A stretch of 64,000 bases of DNA from Haplodiscus bocki (taxonomy: Eukaryota). The DNA is taken from positions 51,088,001 through 51,152,000 of the forward strand of contig OZ296658.1 in the NCBI GenBank assembly GCA_965655095.1, given 5' to 3'. The notes under the pieces were generated by a model. It was given only the letters and a program-made list of their open reading frames with translations. It had not been told where the DNA came from and ran no database searches. Within the stretch, counting starts at the first letter, position 1; the number at the start of each line of letters is the position of its first letter. Position numbers and translations under genes: made by a program. This document shows positions 62,985 to 64,000 of the stretch, piece after piece.

Positions 62985-64000
62985 ATATTTTATGTTGGAG
63001 TAACAACCACCCTACGATATATTGGGTGGTTTCATTTGAAACACTAGGTTTGCTTGTTGAATGTGTATTAATGGGAATGGTTGTATTAGAAGATGATTGA
63101 TTTGGTGGTGTTGACTTTGGGTTTTCATCATTGCCCTTATTTTTTGGTGGATAGACTGTTCGCTTCAAAAAAGTTTCTGCTGTTGATGTGAAAAAATCTG
63201 CAAAAAAATTATCTGTGAGCCAAGAATTTGATATAAATTTAGAGTAATTAATACAAAATTTAGAATTTTTACTGCAAAAAGAAGAAACTGATGGAATGTA
63301 TATTTTAAACCACACTTTGTTCCGATGTAATAGGGTCAACCAAAAGTGTTGAATTGCCTTGTTTTGAACCAGTTTCTTTTAAAAATGTTTTTAGTGTTAA
63401 AGTACTATCCGTTGGTCCCATTCGCTTTTGTTTTGTCCGATAGGATTGCCAAGAATATTTTTGTGGCCAGAGTTTGGATTACTTTCGTCTAAGAAATCTT
63501 AGCTTGTTGTTTTACGAAAAAATTGACTTGTTTTGTCTGAATGCTGTGTCAACAGAATTGTATTCCCAAAATCTTTTATATGTTTAGGTGGGTAAAGGCC
63601 TCCAGTATGTGCAGAGAAAGTGCTTGGCTGAAGTGTACTTGGAAGATCTGAAGGTTTAAAGTGAGTTGGAAGGTCTTGTTTTACTGGCATTGGTGTTGAA
63701 AGTTAATAATCTTTTTCATCAGGGTTTACTGCATTGAAATTAGCTGGGTTACTATCACATGCGATTTTTATTTCTAACGATTATCATTGATGACTTACGG
63801 GAACTACAGAATAGTGTGTATCTTGACAGTGAATTGGTGTTTTTCCAAAGTCTTTCTCCCTGTGAGTATAAAACAGAGAAAGATAATGTTGGCATTCACA
63901 TAACCGAAGCGAAACACCTTCGTTATGAAAAAAATTACTTTTGTTTCCTCTGGGTACCTCTCCTGCCAAAAAAAGTTTGGTTTCAGCTACGGAAAATAAA
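62985..64000 (-). pseudogene. env: env C-terminal part, copy 3 (runs off window)
   Basis: AGEVPRGNKSNFFHNEGVSLRLCECQHYLS..TPIHCQDTHYSVVPVSHQ; HTGGLYP; TM-like segment. Confidence 0.75.

Larger units (their letters stand above)
15611..64000 (-). mobile_element. Head-to-tail tandem array of a large env-bearing Ty3/Gypsy (Metaviridae-type) LTR element with nested BEL/Pao insertions
   Basis: Three shared LTRs, each preceded by a PPT and followed by a PBS; PR-RT-RH-IN order; collinear repeated blocks (e.g. 17.2-22.2, 34.8-39.8, 58.9-64 kb). Confidence 0.88.

Noticed and set aside
320-63969. Short ORFs antisense to the TE genes (minus strand in the Polinton, plus strand in the retroelements)
   Set aside because: Shadow frames of decayed coding sequence.

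Overview
AT-rich eukaryotic (animal) heterochromatin-like DNA made almost entirely of decayed, nested mobile elements. I found no intact host gene, and nearly all ORF-track entries are fragments of frameshifted pseudogenes. All protein calls come from manual translation across stops and frameshifts plus motif recognition; no searches were run. (1) 1-8268: right-hand part of a decayed Polinton/Maverick (adintovirus-type) element, all on the + strand. Gene order: duplicated small-gene cassette, DEDD exonuclease, A32-like packaging ATPase, unknown ORF, rve integrase, minor capsid, basic core protein, major capsid, adenain protease, then a terminal repeat ending in ACTACT. (2) 8.3-15.6 kb: two ORF-containing LTRs, a long palindrome, a CACTA-like non-autonomous element and a 200-N gap. 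(3) 15.6-64 kb, - strand: a head-to-tail array of a large (~15-16 kb) Ty3/Gypsy-type element. Its units share single ~770-bp LTRs (PPT-LTR-PBS at 17.5-18.3, 35.1-35.9 and 59.2-60.0 kb). It encodes gag, PR-RT-RH-IN, a signal-peptide/TM env resembling class III (herpes gB/chuvirus G-type) fusogens, and a ~3-kb orphan region after env. Nested at the start of env are BEL/Pao sequences with two unusual LTR types. One (~470 bp) carries a 70-nt tRNA-like A/B-box unit followed by an oligo-T terminator. The other (~1.24 kb) carries a ~200-codon SGNH-hydrolase-like ORF and is amplified as a 3x ~1355-bp tandem repeat. The repeat families resemble ones I recall from acoel flatworm assemblies; that attribution is unverified.
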